From assembly GCA_963678065.2 (NCBI GenBank), contig CAXXVZ010000002.1, forward strand, positions 448,001 to 512,000: a stretch of 64,000 nt of DNA. The letters are read 5' to 3'. The notes under the pieces are model-generated. The model was given only the letters and a program-made list of their open reading frames with translations. It had not been told where the DNA came from and ran no database searches. Both the position numbers and the translations under genes were made by a program. The DNA is from Treponemataceae bacterium. Lineage in GTDB: Bacteria > Spirochaetota > Spirochaetia > Treponematales > Rectinemataceae. Shown piece after piece: positions 27,700 through 36,903 of the stretch (position 1 is its first letter; the number at the start of each line of letters is the position of its first letter).

Positions 27700-28572
27700 A
27701 TGAAATTGAGCAAGAACGACCTGGTATTCGAAATATTCGTCAATCTCTTCTTCGTACTCCTGCTGTTGCTCGTCCTGTATCCTCTGTACTTCATCGTGAT
27801 AGCCTCGGTGAGCAATCCGGATCTCACCAATGCCGGAAAGGTGTGGATACTGCCGCGCGATTTCAATTTCGACGGGTACAAGGTGCTCTTCGGGGATCCG
27901 AGAACCTGGATCGGCTACAGGAACACCCTTGTCTACACCTTCGTCGGCACCCTGATCAATCTGCTCTTCACCCTGCCGGCCGCCTACGCCCTGTCCCGAA
28001 AGCAGTTCAAGGCCCGGAAAATCATCAACAAATTCTTCCTGTTCACGATGTTCTTCTCCGGCGGACTCATCCCGACCTACCTTCTGATCAAGAATCTGGG
28101 CATGCTGGATACGATCTGGGCGATCGTGCTTCCGAACGCGGTATCGGTCTGGAACCTCCTCATCACGCGGACTTATTTCCACGAGAGCATACCGGAGGAA
28201 CTCGCGGATTCGGCCTTCATCGACGGATGTTCGCATATACGGTTCTTTCTCTCCGTCGTCATGCCTCTTTCCAAAGTCATCATCGTCGTGATCGCCCTGT
28301 TCTACGGTGTGAGCCACTGGAACGGCTTCTTCCAGGCCCTGATCTATCTCAACGACCCCGGGAAAATCCCCCTTCAGCTCTTCCTGAGGGATATCCTGAT
28401 CCAGCAGCAAAACGTATCCGTCGCTCCGGAAATCGCCAACAGCCTCCGGTACACGGCGAATCTGGTGCAGTATTCCATGATCGTGATCGCGGCCGGCCCC
28501 ATTCTCGTCCTCTATCCCTTTGTCCAGAGATTCTTCGTCAAGGGCGTAATGATCGGCTCGATCAAGGAATAG
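27700..28572 (+). CDS. Carbohydrate ABC permease (LplC-like)
   Basis: FFSGGLIPTYL, IPEELADSAFIDG, YPFVQRFFVKG. Confidence 0.92.
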   Translation: MKLSKNDLVFEIFVNLFFVLLLLLVLYPLYFIVIASVSNPDLTNAGKVWILPRDFNFDGYKVLFGDPRTWIGYRNTLVYTFVGTLINLLFTLPAAYALSRKQFKARKIINKFFLFTMFFSGGLIPTYLLIKNLGMLDTIWAIVLPNAVSVWNLLITRTYFHESIPEELADSAFIDGCSHIRFFLSVVMPLSKVIIVVIALFYGVSHWNGFFQALIYLNDPGKIPLQLFLRDILIQQQNVSVAPEIANSLRYTANLVQYSMIVIAAGPILVLYPFVQRFFVKGVMIGSIKE

Positions 28573-28716
28573 CATCATGTCCGGAACGGCGCATGGTGAG
28601 GTTCCACGGCAGATTTTCATCAAGGAGGTGACGCTGTTTTCTCACGGAACGCGCGGTGCTCTTGCGCCAAAGCCGCGTTCGGACGCCAGAAGTCATTACC
28701 CATGGAGGAGATCGAG

Positions 28717-30339
28717 ATGAAGAAGATCAGAGTCGCATGCCTGATTGCCGTCTTCGGAATCATCCTGGCAGGGACCCTTTCCGCTCAGACGGGCAGCCAG
28801 CAAGCCGCGGACAGAATGAAGAATTTCAACGCGACAGGATATCCTGTCGTCAAGGAACCCGTGACCATAACGATCGCGGCGAAGCACGACATCGCGAAAG
28901 GCCAGAAAAAATACTCCGAGATGCAGGTTTTCAAGGAGATCGAGGCTAGGACCAATGTCAGGATCAACTGGATAGAGATTCCGTCCAGCGCCTGGGTGGA
29001 GAAGAAAAACCTGATGTTCGCCTCCGGCGATCTTCCGGACGCCTTCTGGGGCGAGGGGATCGACGATACAGACATCCTCGCGAATATGGGGAACCTCGTT
29101 CCGATGAACGACCTTCTGAACAAATACGGGCCGAGGATAAAGAAAGTCTTCGCCACGAGGCCCGAGACGAAGAGAACGGTGACCGCTTTCGACGGCAACA
29201 TCTATTCCCTGTTCCGCGTCAGGGAAACCTATTTCCCGGCGACCAGGACCGTCATCGGGATCAACAAAAAATGGCTGGACACTCTCGGTCTCCAGGTCCC
29301 GAAGACGATGGACGAGCTGTATGCGGTCCTGAAACAGTTCAGGGCCCGCGATCCGAACGGCAACGGGAAGGCCGACGAGATCCCCCTCACCTACATGTAC
29401 GCCCTCGGCTCGGGCTCGGTCAGGAATCCGAGCGACCTCTTCGCTCCCTTCGGAGTCTACGACAACACCTCCAACAACGTCCTCACCTATCACCTGATGA
29501 CCAGGAACAACGAAGTCGTGTTCACTCCGGCCGATCCCGGATACAGGGCGGCGATGAACTGGCTCGCGAAATTGTATGCGGAAAACCTGCTCGACAAGGA
29601 GGTCTACGCGGCGACTTCGAATACCTACTACGCCAAGACGAGAAACGCGGACGATATCGTCGGCGTCGTCATCGACTGGACCATCAACAGCGCGGTCGGA
29701 AACGACAGGGACAAGAATTTCGTGCAGCTTCCCCCGCTCACCGGACCGGCCGGCGACAAGGGCTGGACAGTGGTCTCGGGATCGCAGATAGCGAGAAACA
29801 TGTTCCTGATCACCAAAAAGAACAAATTCCCCGAAGCCACGATGCGCTGGGTGGATGAGTTCTACGACCCGTTGACATCGCTGCAGACCTTCTGCGGGCC
29901 CCTGGGAGAAATGTACAAGAAGGACGCGAAGGGCATTCTCGTGCCGATCGATCCGCCGGAAGGCGTCAACTTCGAGTCCTGGAAATGGGGAAACGCCGCG
30001 GCCGACTCTGGCGCCTACGCCGCGCTCAAGGAGTACGAGTCGATGCTCCAGCCAACTGCCTCCCAGATAGCGCGGTATGCGGCGGAGCGCGTCGTCCAGC
30101 CCTATCTGCAGAAGGACCCCTACCCCAATTTCCTGTTCTCCCCCGATGATCTGTCTGTCCTGAGGCAGATAATGCCCGAGATAAACAGCTATGTCCAAAT
30201 GATGCAGGCGAAGTTCGTCGTCGAAGGCGGCGTCGACGCGAAGTGGGAGGGATATGTCGCGCAGCTCAAGAGGATGAAGCTGGACGAAGCGATGGCCATC
30301 TTCTCGAGAGTGTACAAAAAGTCCCTTGATCAGGACTGA
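28717..30339 (+). CDS. Carbohydrate ABC solute-binding protein
   Basis: Signal peptide without lipobox; ASGDLPD, INKKWLDTLG, DPNGNGKADEIP. Confidence 0.9.
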   Translation: MKKIRVACLIAVFGIILAGTLSAQTGSQQAADRMKNFNATGYPVVKEPVTITIAAKHDIAKGQKKYSEMQVFKEIEARTNVRINWIEIPSSAWVEKKNLMFASGDLPDAFWGEGIDDTDILANMGNLVPMNDLLNKYGPRIKKVFATRPETKRTVTAFDGNIYSLFRVRETYFPATRTVIGINKKWLDTLGLQVPKTMDELYAVLKQFRARDPNGNGKADEIPLTYMYALGSGSVRNPSDLFAPFGVYDNTSNNVLTYHLMTRNNEVVFTPADPGYRAAMNWLAKLYAENLLDKEVYAATSNTYYAKTRNADDIVGVVIDWTINSAVGNDRDKNFVQLPPLTGPAGDKGWTVVSGSQIARNMFLITKKNKFPEATMRWVDEFYDPLTSLQTFCGPLGEMYKKDAKGILVPIDPPEGVNFESWKWGNAAADSGAYAALKEYESMLQPTASQIARYAAERVVQPYLQKDPYPNFLFSPDDLSVLRQIMPEINSYVQMMQAKFVVEGGVDAKWEGYVAQLKRMKLDEAMAIFSRVYKKSLDQD

Positions 30340-30356
30340 GAGGAGCTCCGGGCTTC

Positions 30357-30399
30357 ATCGGCGTCATCTCCGGGCGGGATGGCGCCGATAATCTTTTTG
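30357..30399 (+). terminator. Hairpin after the SBP gene (partial terminator or mRNA stabiliser)
   Basis: ATCGGCGTCATCTC...GGGATGGCGCCGAT followed by AATCTTTTT. Confidence 0.5.
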
Positions 30400-30493
30400 T
30401 CCGCAGATTTCGCAGAGCCGCGCCATGCCTGTCCGGCCCGGCCCGGCCCGGACAGGCATACCGCTATACCGTGGCGCGTCAAAAGGAATATCC

Positions 30494-31282
30494 GTGAAGA
30501 ACTGTCTCATCGATCTCGATGGAACCATCTACCGGGGAGAAAGGCCCATAGAGCACGCCGCTGCCTTCATCGAATACCTGAAGCGCATCGGGAAAAAGTA
30601 TCTGTTCGTGACGAACTGCCCCTGGAACAGCCCCGCCCGGATCGCGAAAAAGCTTAAGACCATGGGCATCGACGCCGGTGGCGGCAGGGTGCTCTCAAGC
30701 GGCGTTGTCGCCCTGGAATACATACGGGAACATCATCCCGGGAGGAAGGTCTACGCCATCGGCTCTCAGGACTATCTGGAGATGCTCGCGTCGGGCGGAA
30801 TCATTCTGTCCGACGATGAGCCGGACATCGTCCTCGTGGGCTTCGATCCGGATTTCACCTACGCCAAGATGGAGGCGGCCAGCGCTTTCATTCTGCGGGG
30901 AGCCCTCTTCCTGGGAACGAATATCGACGCGACCATTCCCCACGGCGACGCGATCATTCCCCACACCGGGGCGATACTGGCTTCCATCGCGACGGCCACG
31001 GGGAAAACGCCGACCTGTTTCGGGAAGCCCTCGCATTTCATGCTCGACGCGGCCACGAAGGTTATGGGCTGCGGAAAGGACGAATGCGTCGTCATCGGCG
31101 ACAGGATCGATACGGATATCGCATGTGCGGTATCGAACGGCATCCCGGGATACCTCGTCCTGACCGGGTCGTCGACGCGCGAAACGCTCCGGGAGACGGT
31201 CGCGGACAGCGCTATCGCTCCGACCCTCGTCGTCGATAATCTGGGTGAACTCATCGAACTGGACAAAGAAGGGAGGCTCTGA
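30494..31282 (+). CDS. HAD-IIA (NagD-like) phosphatase
   Basis: IDLDGT, FVTN, GKPS, IGDRIDTDI, VLTG; GTG start with AAGGA RBS. Confidence 0.9.
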   Translation: MKNCLIDLDGTIYRGERPIEHAAAFIEYLKRIGKKYLFVTNCPWNSPARIAKKLKTMGIDAGGGRVLSSGVVALEYIREHHPGRKVYAIGSQDYLEMLASGGIILSDDEPDIVLVGFDPDFTYAKMEAASAFILRGALFLGTNIDATIPHGDAIIPHTGAILASIATATGKTPTCFGKPSHFMLDAATKVMGCGKDECVVIGDRIDTDIACAVSNGIPGYLVLTGSSTRETLRETVADSAIAPTLVVDNLGELIELDKEGRL

Positions 31283-31283
31283 A

Positions 31284-32180
31284 ATGGTGGTCAATCCATG
31301 CGATCCCGGCGCGCTCCGGGGCGGCCGGTGGCTGCGGTGCAATTTCCACACACACGCGGGCACAGGCCCCGGAACGTGCGGCTCGAATGGCCTGGAGGAC
31401 GTGATCGAGGCGTACAGACAAAGCAAGTACGATGTCCTGACCATCTCGAACCACGACATCTTCACCAGGACAGAGCAGCTCTCGTCGGGCATCAGGATGG
31501 TCCACGGAGTCGAATACAGCACGCCTCCGCACATGCTCACGATCGGAGTCGAAAAGCATTGGGGTAAATCCCACCAGGAGACCATCGGCCTCGCGAACGA
31601 GTCCGGCGGATACGTGATCCTCTGCCACCCCAACTGGATGGGAAAGGGATACTGGAGCCGCGAAGCTCTGGACGGCACATCGGGCTACAAGGGGATAGAG
31701 ATTCTGAATCCCGTGATTTACCGGCTCTCGGGATCGGGTTATGCCTGCGACGTATGGGACTATCTGTTGTCCCGGGGAAAGCTCGTGTTCGGATTCGGAA
31801 ACGACGATTTCCACATCTGGTACGATCTCGGAAGAAGCTGGACGATGGTAAACGCCGTCTCCGACAGCTGGAACGACATCAGAGCGGCCATGGAATCGGG
31901 GCGGCTCTATGTGTCCACCGGCCTTCGCCTCGACAGCCTCGAACTGAAGGATGGCTCTCTCCACATCAAGGCCGGCTACTTCACCGAGACCTACGTGAAC
32001 AGCTTCCGGTACAGGTTCATCGGCTCAGGCGGCCAGCTCCTGTCCGAGTCCGAAGGCGACAGCGCTGAATATCGCCTGCGCGGCGACGAATCCTACCTGC
32101 GGGTGGAAGTCACTTCGGAGGAAGGCTTCAAGCTCTTCACGCAGCCTGTCTATGATGACACGCTCTTTGCGGCGCCATAG
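31284..32180 (+). CDS. PHP-domain metallophosphoesterase
   Basis: NFHTH, ISNHD, GVEY, LCHP, GIEILN, GNDDFH. Confidence 0.8.
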   Translation: MVVNPCDPGALRGGRWLRCNFHTHAGTGPGTCGSNGLEDVIEAYRQSKYDVLTISNHDIFTRTEQLSSGIRMVHGVEYSTPPHMLTIGVEKHWGKSHQETIGLANESGGYVILCHPNWMGKGYWSREALDGTSGYKGIEILNPVIYRLSGSGYACDVWDYLLSRGKLVFGFGNDDFHIWYDLGRSWTMVNAVSDSWNDIRAAMESGRLYVSTGLRLDSLELKDGSLHIKAGYFTETYVNSFRYRFIGSGGQLLSESEGDSAEYRLRGDESYLRVEVTSEEGFKLFTQPVYDDTLFAAP

Positions 32181-32216
32181 CCGATGAGGGTTGCGCGAGG
32201 CGAAGGAGGGGCAAAG

Positions 32217-34001
32217 ATGGGAGCCCTCATCAGAAGCGTCGATTTTTCCGAAGTTGAGATCATCGATCCTTTCTGGAGCGGGATGATCGGACTCGTGCAC
32301 GCCAAGACGATTCCGGCTTGCATCGAGAGATGCGAGGAAACCGGGAGGATCGGAAATTTCAGGATCGCGGCGAAGGCGGTCCCGGGGGAACACTCCGGCA
32401 GATCATACAACGATTCGGACCTGTACAAGGTTCTGGAGGGAATCGGATACACACTGAGCCGCTTCAGCGACGGGGAACTGGAAAAAAGGGCCGACGAAAT
32501 AATCGGGTACATCGTCGGTGCGCAGGAAGAGAGCGGCTATCTCAATACCAAGCACAGCATCTCGGGGGAAGGGCGTTTCGTCGACATGGACGAACACGAA
32601 ATGTACAACGGCGGGCACCTGATCGAGGCGGGTATCGCGTACTATCTCGGAACGGGAAAAGACGCCCTGCTTCGGGCCGGAATGAGATTCGCCGACCACA
32701 TCATGGAAATCTTCGGGCCGGAAGGAAGGAACTGGGTGCCGGGACATCAGGAAATCGAATTGGCCCTGGTGAAACTCGGCGAGCTTCTGGGGAAGGAAAA
32801 GTATATCGCCTTCGCGAAATGGCTCCTGGGCCAGAGGGGACGGGGGTACGGGTCGACCGGTCCCGAAGCGTCAGCCGGGGGATGGAACAGGGAATATTAT
32901 CAGGATCTCGTCCCGGTGGAAGATCTGGACAGGATCTATGGCCACGCCGTGCGGGCGATGTACATGTTCGCCGCGATGGCCGATGTTTCGAGGCACGGCT
33001 TTTCAGGCTACCTTCCCGCGCTGGAAAGCGTCTGGCGCAACATAACCGACAGGCACATGTATGTTACCGGAGGAATCGGCTCCTCGAAGGTGAACGAAGG
33101 CTTCACGGTCGAATACGATCTGCCCAACGAGTCGGCCTACTGCGAGACCTGCGCCTCGGTGGGCATGGTGTTTTTCAATCACAGGATGTTCCTCCTGACG
33201 GGCGAATCGAAATACCTCGACGTGCTGGAGAGGGAACTCTACAATGGCGCGATATCGGGGCTCGGCCTCGACGGCAGCAGTTTCTTCTACGACAATCCTC
33301 TCGAATCCCGGGGGAAAGTCGAAAGGAAACCATGGTTCAGGACATCCTGCTGCCCGACACAGCTGGCGCGCTTCATCCCCTCGATCGGCGGCTACATATA
33401 CGCCGCACGGGGGCGCGATCTGTTTGTCACGACGTTCATAGCCAGTGAACTCGAGTGTGGGTTCCGGATACGGATGGAGGGCGATTTCCCGGAATCGGGG
33501 AGAATCAGACTGTCGGGGGATCCGCGAGGGGAACTGGACAGGGTGTTCGTGCGGATCCCCGACTGGGCCAACCGGCATTCCGTGAGGAAGACCGAGGGCG
33601 CTGAATCGGTCGGGATGAAAGACGGGTTCCTCATATTCCGGATCCACGAACGATTCAGCCTGGATTTGGAATTCGACATGAAAATAGATTTCGTGAGGGC
33701 AAACGAACGGGTCGTCTGCGATCGGGGAATGGTGGCGATCCAGTACGGGCCGGTCGTCTACTGCCTGGAGGAAATCGACGCGCCCGACTACGAAAGCTTC
33801 GAGTTCAGGGAAGGCGACGCCTTCACGATAGACCGGAGCAGCGGGACCTTCCCCGGCAGGAGCCTCGTCAGGGTCGTGGACAAGGAGGACGGCAGGACGC
33901 GGGCCACCCTGATTCCCTACCACCTGTGGAACAACAGGGGCGCGTGCGGGATGAAGGTATTCATTCCCTCCCGACTGAGCGACTCGCTGTATTGCCGCTG
34001 A
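32217..34001 (+). CDS. GH127 glycoside hydrolase
   Basis: NDSDLYKVLEG, HEMYNGGH, PGHQEIELAL, GHAVRAMY, YCETCAS, SCCP. Confidence 0.9.
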   Translation: MGALIRSVDFSEVEIIDPFWSGMIGLVHAKTIPACIERCEETGRIGNFRIAAKAVPGEHSGRSYNDSDLYKVLEGIGYTLSRFSDGELEKRADEIIGYIVGAQEESGYLNTKHSISGEGRFVDMDEHEMYNGGHLIEAGIAYYLGTGKDALLRAGMRFADHIMEIFGPEGRNWVPGHQEIELALVKLGELLGKEKYIAFAKWLLGQRGRGYGSTGPEASAGGWNREYYQDLVPVEDLDRIYGHAVRAMYMFAAMADVSRHGFSGYLPALESVWRNITDRHMYVTGGIGSSKVNEGFTVEYDLPNESAYCETCASVGMVFFNHRMFLLTGESKYLDVLERELYNGAISGLGLDGSSFFYDNPLESRGKVERKPWFRTSCCPTQLARFIPSIGGYIYAARGRDLFVTTFIASELECGFRIRMEGDFPESGRIRLSGDPRGELDRVFVRIPDWANRHSVRKTEGAESVGMKDGFLIFRIHERFSLDLEFDMKIDFVRANERVVCDRGMVAIQYGPVVYCLEEIDAPDYESFEFREGDAFTIDRSSGTFPGRSLVRVVDKEDGRTRATLIPYHLWNNRGACGMKVFIPSRLSDSLYCR

Positions 34002-34065
34002 TCGCCGCCTTTGCTCGGGTCTCGCCGCCATTACCGGCCTCTGCCGCCGATCGTCGCCCTGACTG

Positions 34066-35079
34066 TCACCTGGCCACCGCTCGCGCGAGCCCCAGGGACG
34101 GGTTTCGCACGAGGGAGCATTCTATCGAATAATCCTTGAATCCGGAGTTCCCCTTCATTTTCGACATCAGGAGCCTGAACGCCGCGTCGGACAAGCCTTC
34201 CACGGGGATATTCACCGTCGCGAGTTTGGGAACGAGGAAATTGGAGAAAACCTGATTGTCGAATCCCGTAACCGAGAGATCTTCGGGGATGCGCAGCCCG
34301 CCTTCCCTGGCCACCTTGTACACGGTCGAGGCGATGATATCGTTGAAGCAGACTATGGCCGTGACGTCCTTCGCGATGAGTTCCTTTGCCATGGTTTCGA
34401 CCTCAGCCTGCCGGTCGAGGTAATAACTCCCGAAGAGGATGTTCTCCCTGTTCGCACCCAGGCCGGCCTCCTCCACCGCATCGATGAATCCCCCGAGACG
34501 AAGCCTGGTCGCTGCCCAGGCCTGTTCACCGGTGATGCACCCGATCTTCGCGTGCCCGCAGCCCAGCAGGAGGGATGTAATATCGCGCACAGCCTTCCGC
34601 TCGTCGTACAGGACGCAGGAATCGGCATACTCCTCATGCCAGGTGTTGATGAACACCATCGGTATTTCGGGTGCGACCGCCCCGTAGGTCTCGAAGACGC
34701 TTCCGTCGATGTAGTTGGTCGCGAGATAGATTATTCCGTCGACCTTGTTTTCCGCCATGAACTCTATGGACTTCTCGAATTTGTCGTTGTGGACGACGAT
34801 GAGGGTGTATCTGTTCTGACTGCAAAGGGAGTTCAGAGTGTTGAGTATCTTGTTGCTGTAGTTGACCATATCGTCGAGATTGACGATCACGCCTATCAGG
34901 TTCGAGATGCCGGTCTTGAGGCGCCGCGCCATCGTGTTGGGCTTGTAGTTCAGCTGCCTGGCCGCGTCGAGGACGATGCCGACGGTCTCCTCGCTGAGAC
35001 TGCCTTTCCCGTTGAGGGCGTAGGAGACCGAAGACACGGATAGATGGGTGAGCCTGGCGATATCCTTCAAGGTGCTCAT
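34066..35079 (-). CDS. LacI-family regulator
   Basis: TLKDIARLTHLSVSSVSYALNG, YKPNTMARRL, IPEDLSVTGFD. Confidence 0.93.
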   Translation of the reverse strand: MSTLKDIARLTHLSVSSVSYALNGKGSLSEETVGIVLDAARQLNYKPNTMARRLKTGISNLIGVIVNLDDMVNYSNKILNTLNSLCSQNRYTLIVVHNDKFEKSIEFMAENKVDGIIYLATNYIDGSVFETYGAVAPEIPMVFINTWHEEYADSCVLYDERKAVRDITSLLLGCGHAKIGCITGEQAWAATRLRLGGFIDAVEEAGLGANRENILFGSYYLDRQAEVETMAKELIAKDVTAIVCFNDIIASTVYKVAREGGLRIPEDLSVTGFDNQVFSNFLVPKLATVNIPVEGLSDAAFRLLMSKMKGNSGFKDYSIECSLVRNPSLGLARAVAR

Positions 35080-35107
35080 GTTCCTGTTTCTCCGTGCCGG
35101 GCAATTC

Positions 35108-35329
35108 TTACGGGGTCCGGACTACGCGGAATCCGAATACATTATCCTTATCAGAGGGTAAGGGCATGGCCCGATGATAAACGTCCAGAAAATCGGCGGT
35201 GCCTTTCCAGCTTCCGCCACGGATGACCTTGCGCTCTCCGCTTGCCGGATATATCCCCCGCAAGGTTCATCTAGATATATACTCCATGAGGTTTATTACT
35301 GCAATATACCCTATAGAGTTCTGCAATTT
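35108..35329 (-). pseudogene. Formylglycine-generating enzyme (FGE/SUMF1) domain C-terminal remnant
   Basis: Single frame: KLQNSIGYIAVINLMEYISR*TLRGIYPASGERKVIRGGSWKG...HR...DNVFGFRVVRTP*. RGGSW and GFRVVR are FGE signatures; internal stop present. Confidence 0.7.
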
Positions 35330-35425
35330 TTATTTACAGAATGATCTACTCATCTGAGTGGCATCCCTTCCCGTAAGTCCAATCTAGATATTACGATAGA
35401 TGTTCAGAGATGCGAGTTGTCCTCC

Positions 35426-35468
35426 ACTCATAATCCGTTGGTCGCTGGCTCAGGTCCAGCAGGGCCCA
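35426..35468 (+). other. 3' half of a CAT-anticodon tRNA (Ile2/Met-like), probable att-site remnant
   Basis: ACTCATAATCCGTTGGTCGCTGGCTCAGGTCCAGCAGGGCCCA: anticodon loop, T-stem GCTGG/CCAGC with mutated loop, acceptor 3' strand; no 5' half or D-arm. Confidence 0.75.
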
Positions 35469-35857
35469 TCGCTCAATACATAGCACCTTTCATTATGGTG
35501 GAATGAATTATTCAAAAGCTCCAACCACAGACCAGGATATACAAGCGAAGGACTCTCTCGGCTCTCGTCCTACCAATAACAACTCCCTGGATGAGTATAT
35601 CCGGACCATAAGAAACGAATCGGCAGATGGATGCATTGAGGATTGGGGACCTATCAACGTACTCTGGCATAAGTGGGAAGTATCAGCCTGGATCCCTCGG
35701 TGGCGCCACACCGGCGTTAGCCACCATACGGTTCCTTTGTACACGAACTGACCGAAAGCCTCAATGAAGAAAGCAACGTTAGTGGGCTGATGTCCTGTTT
35801 CGTCGTTCAGCTCAGGTTGACAGTCGGCTCAGTCGGCCGAACAAGATTTTCCCCTGT

Positions 35858-35891
35858 TTGTCATCTGAATGTCATCTTCGTGCCGTATGTT
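35858..35891 (+). promoter_or_regulatory. OmpR/PhoB-type direct-repeat box with -10 element
   Basis: TGTCATCT-GAA-TGTCATCT (11-bp period); the 18-bp box ends 10 bp before TATGTT. Confidence 0.6.
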
Positions 35892-35955
35892 CTCAGTACC
35901 TAGACCGGGGAAAGGCTCGTCGAGCCCACGATTGGTCCAGGAAACTATAGGGAGC

Positions 35956-36471
35956 ATGCATATGCCTATCAAGAACAAAACTGTCACGAATCTTTTTCTG
36001 GACATCGCCATTTTCCTGGCCTTCGTCCTTGCGATGACGCCGCGGACCACGGGTATACCCATCCACGAATGGCTGTCCATCGCCTTCGCGGCGTGCGCCG
36101 TCGTCCATCTTCTCCTCCACTGGGAGTGGATTGTCGACGTCACGCCCAAGTTCTTCATGCGGTTGTTCCACGAATCTCGCCTCAACTTCGTGGTCGACGT
36201 AATCCTTTTTCTCTCCATGATCCTGATTATGGTCAGCGGCTTCGCCCTCTCGAAGTTTGCCCTTCCCGCCTTTGGGATCAGTCTTCCTTTCTCCCTGGCC
36301 TGGAGGCGGATTCACGGGGTTTCGGCAGAAGTCGCCCTCATCGCCCTGGGAATCCATTGCGGCCTCCATGCGAAATGGATCGCGTTCAATGGGAAGAAGC
36401 ATCTGATCGAGCCGATCGTCGGCCTCTTCCGCAAACGGCTCGAAAAAATGACGATCACGGAGGCGAAGTGA
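35956..36471 (+). CDS. DUF4405-like cytochrome b-type membrane protein
   Basis: Four TM segments with IHEWL, VHLLLHW, WRRIHG, IHCGLH histidines. Confidence 0.75.
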   Translation: MHMPIKNKTVTNLFLDIAIFLAFVLAMTPRTTGIPIHEWLSIAFAACAVVHLLLHWEWIVDVTPKFFMRLFHESRLNFVVDVILFLSMILIMVSGFALSKFALPAFGISLPFSLAWRRIHGVSAEVALIALGIHCGLHAKWIAFNGKKHLIEPIVGLFRKRLEKMTITEAK

Positions 36472-36863
36472 TGAAAATGGTAGTGAGAGCCCTGACGATC
36501 CTGGTGATCGCCTGCGTCATAGGTTTCGGGACCTATTCGGTAGTCCAGATGACAAGCGCGGTTCCCACCTCCGCGGCCATGGCGGCGAGAGAGCGGCCCG
36601 CGCTCGAGGCGGGAGGACAACAGTTCCCCTATGGCAAGCCTTACGGCGCATCACACGATGGCTCGGCTCCCAACGGAGCCGAGCGCAGACGTCCCGGCGG
36701 TGGCTCAGGAAACAAACTCGTACCGGCGCTCCTCGTGCTCGCCAAATTCTCGGGCGTCTTCGCGGTCGTGGCGATCGCGGCCGCCCTCGTGAGGCGGCTC
36801 CTCGGACAGGACAAAAAAAGAGGGGCTGGTGTATGCGAGGATGCTGGCGAGGGTCAATGTTGA
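36471..36863 (+). CDS. Two-TM hypothetical membrane protein
   Basis: C-terminal part of track ORF 36069..36863; ATG overlaps the upstream stop; two hydrophobic helices flank a Gly-rich loop. Confidence 0.7.
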   Translation: MKMVVRALTILVIACVIGFGTYSVVQMTSAVPTSAAMAARERPALEAGGQQFPYGKPYGASHDGSAPNGAERRRPGGGSGNKLVPALLVLAKFSGVFAVVAIAAALVRRLLGQDKKRGAGVCEDAGEGQC

Positions 36864-36903
36864 CCGCAACGCCGATTAGCTCTTGGCTACGAAGGAGTAT
36901 GTC

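Noticed and set aside
28696..30198. 500-aa minus-strand ORF, and similar ones at 25200-26459, 45331-46518 and 54323-55606
   Set aside because: Antisense to well-supported genes; no independent evidence.
35400..35475. Intact tRNA-Met/Ile gene
   Set aside because: No 5' acceptor strand or D-arm, and the T-loop is mutated; kept only as a fragment.
35503..35751. 82-aa and 78-aa ORFs in the AT-rich stretch
   Set aside because: No motif, RBS or codon pattern that I can support.
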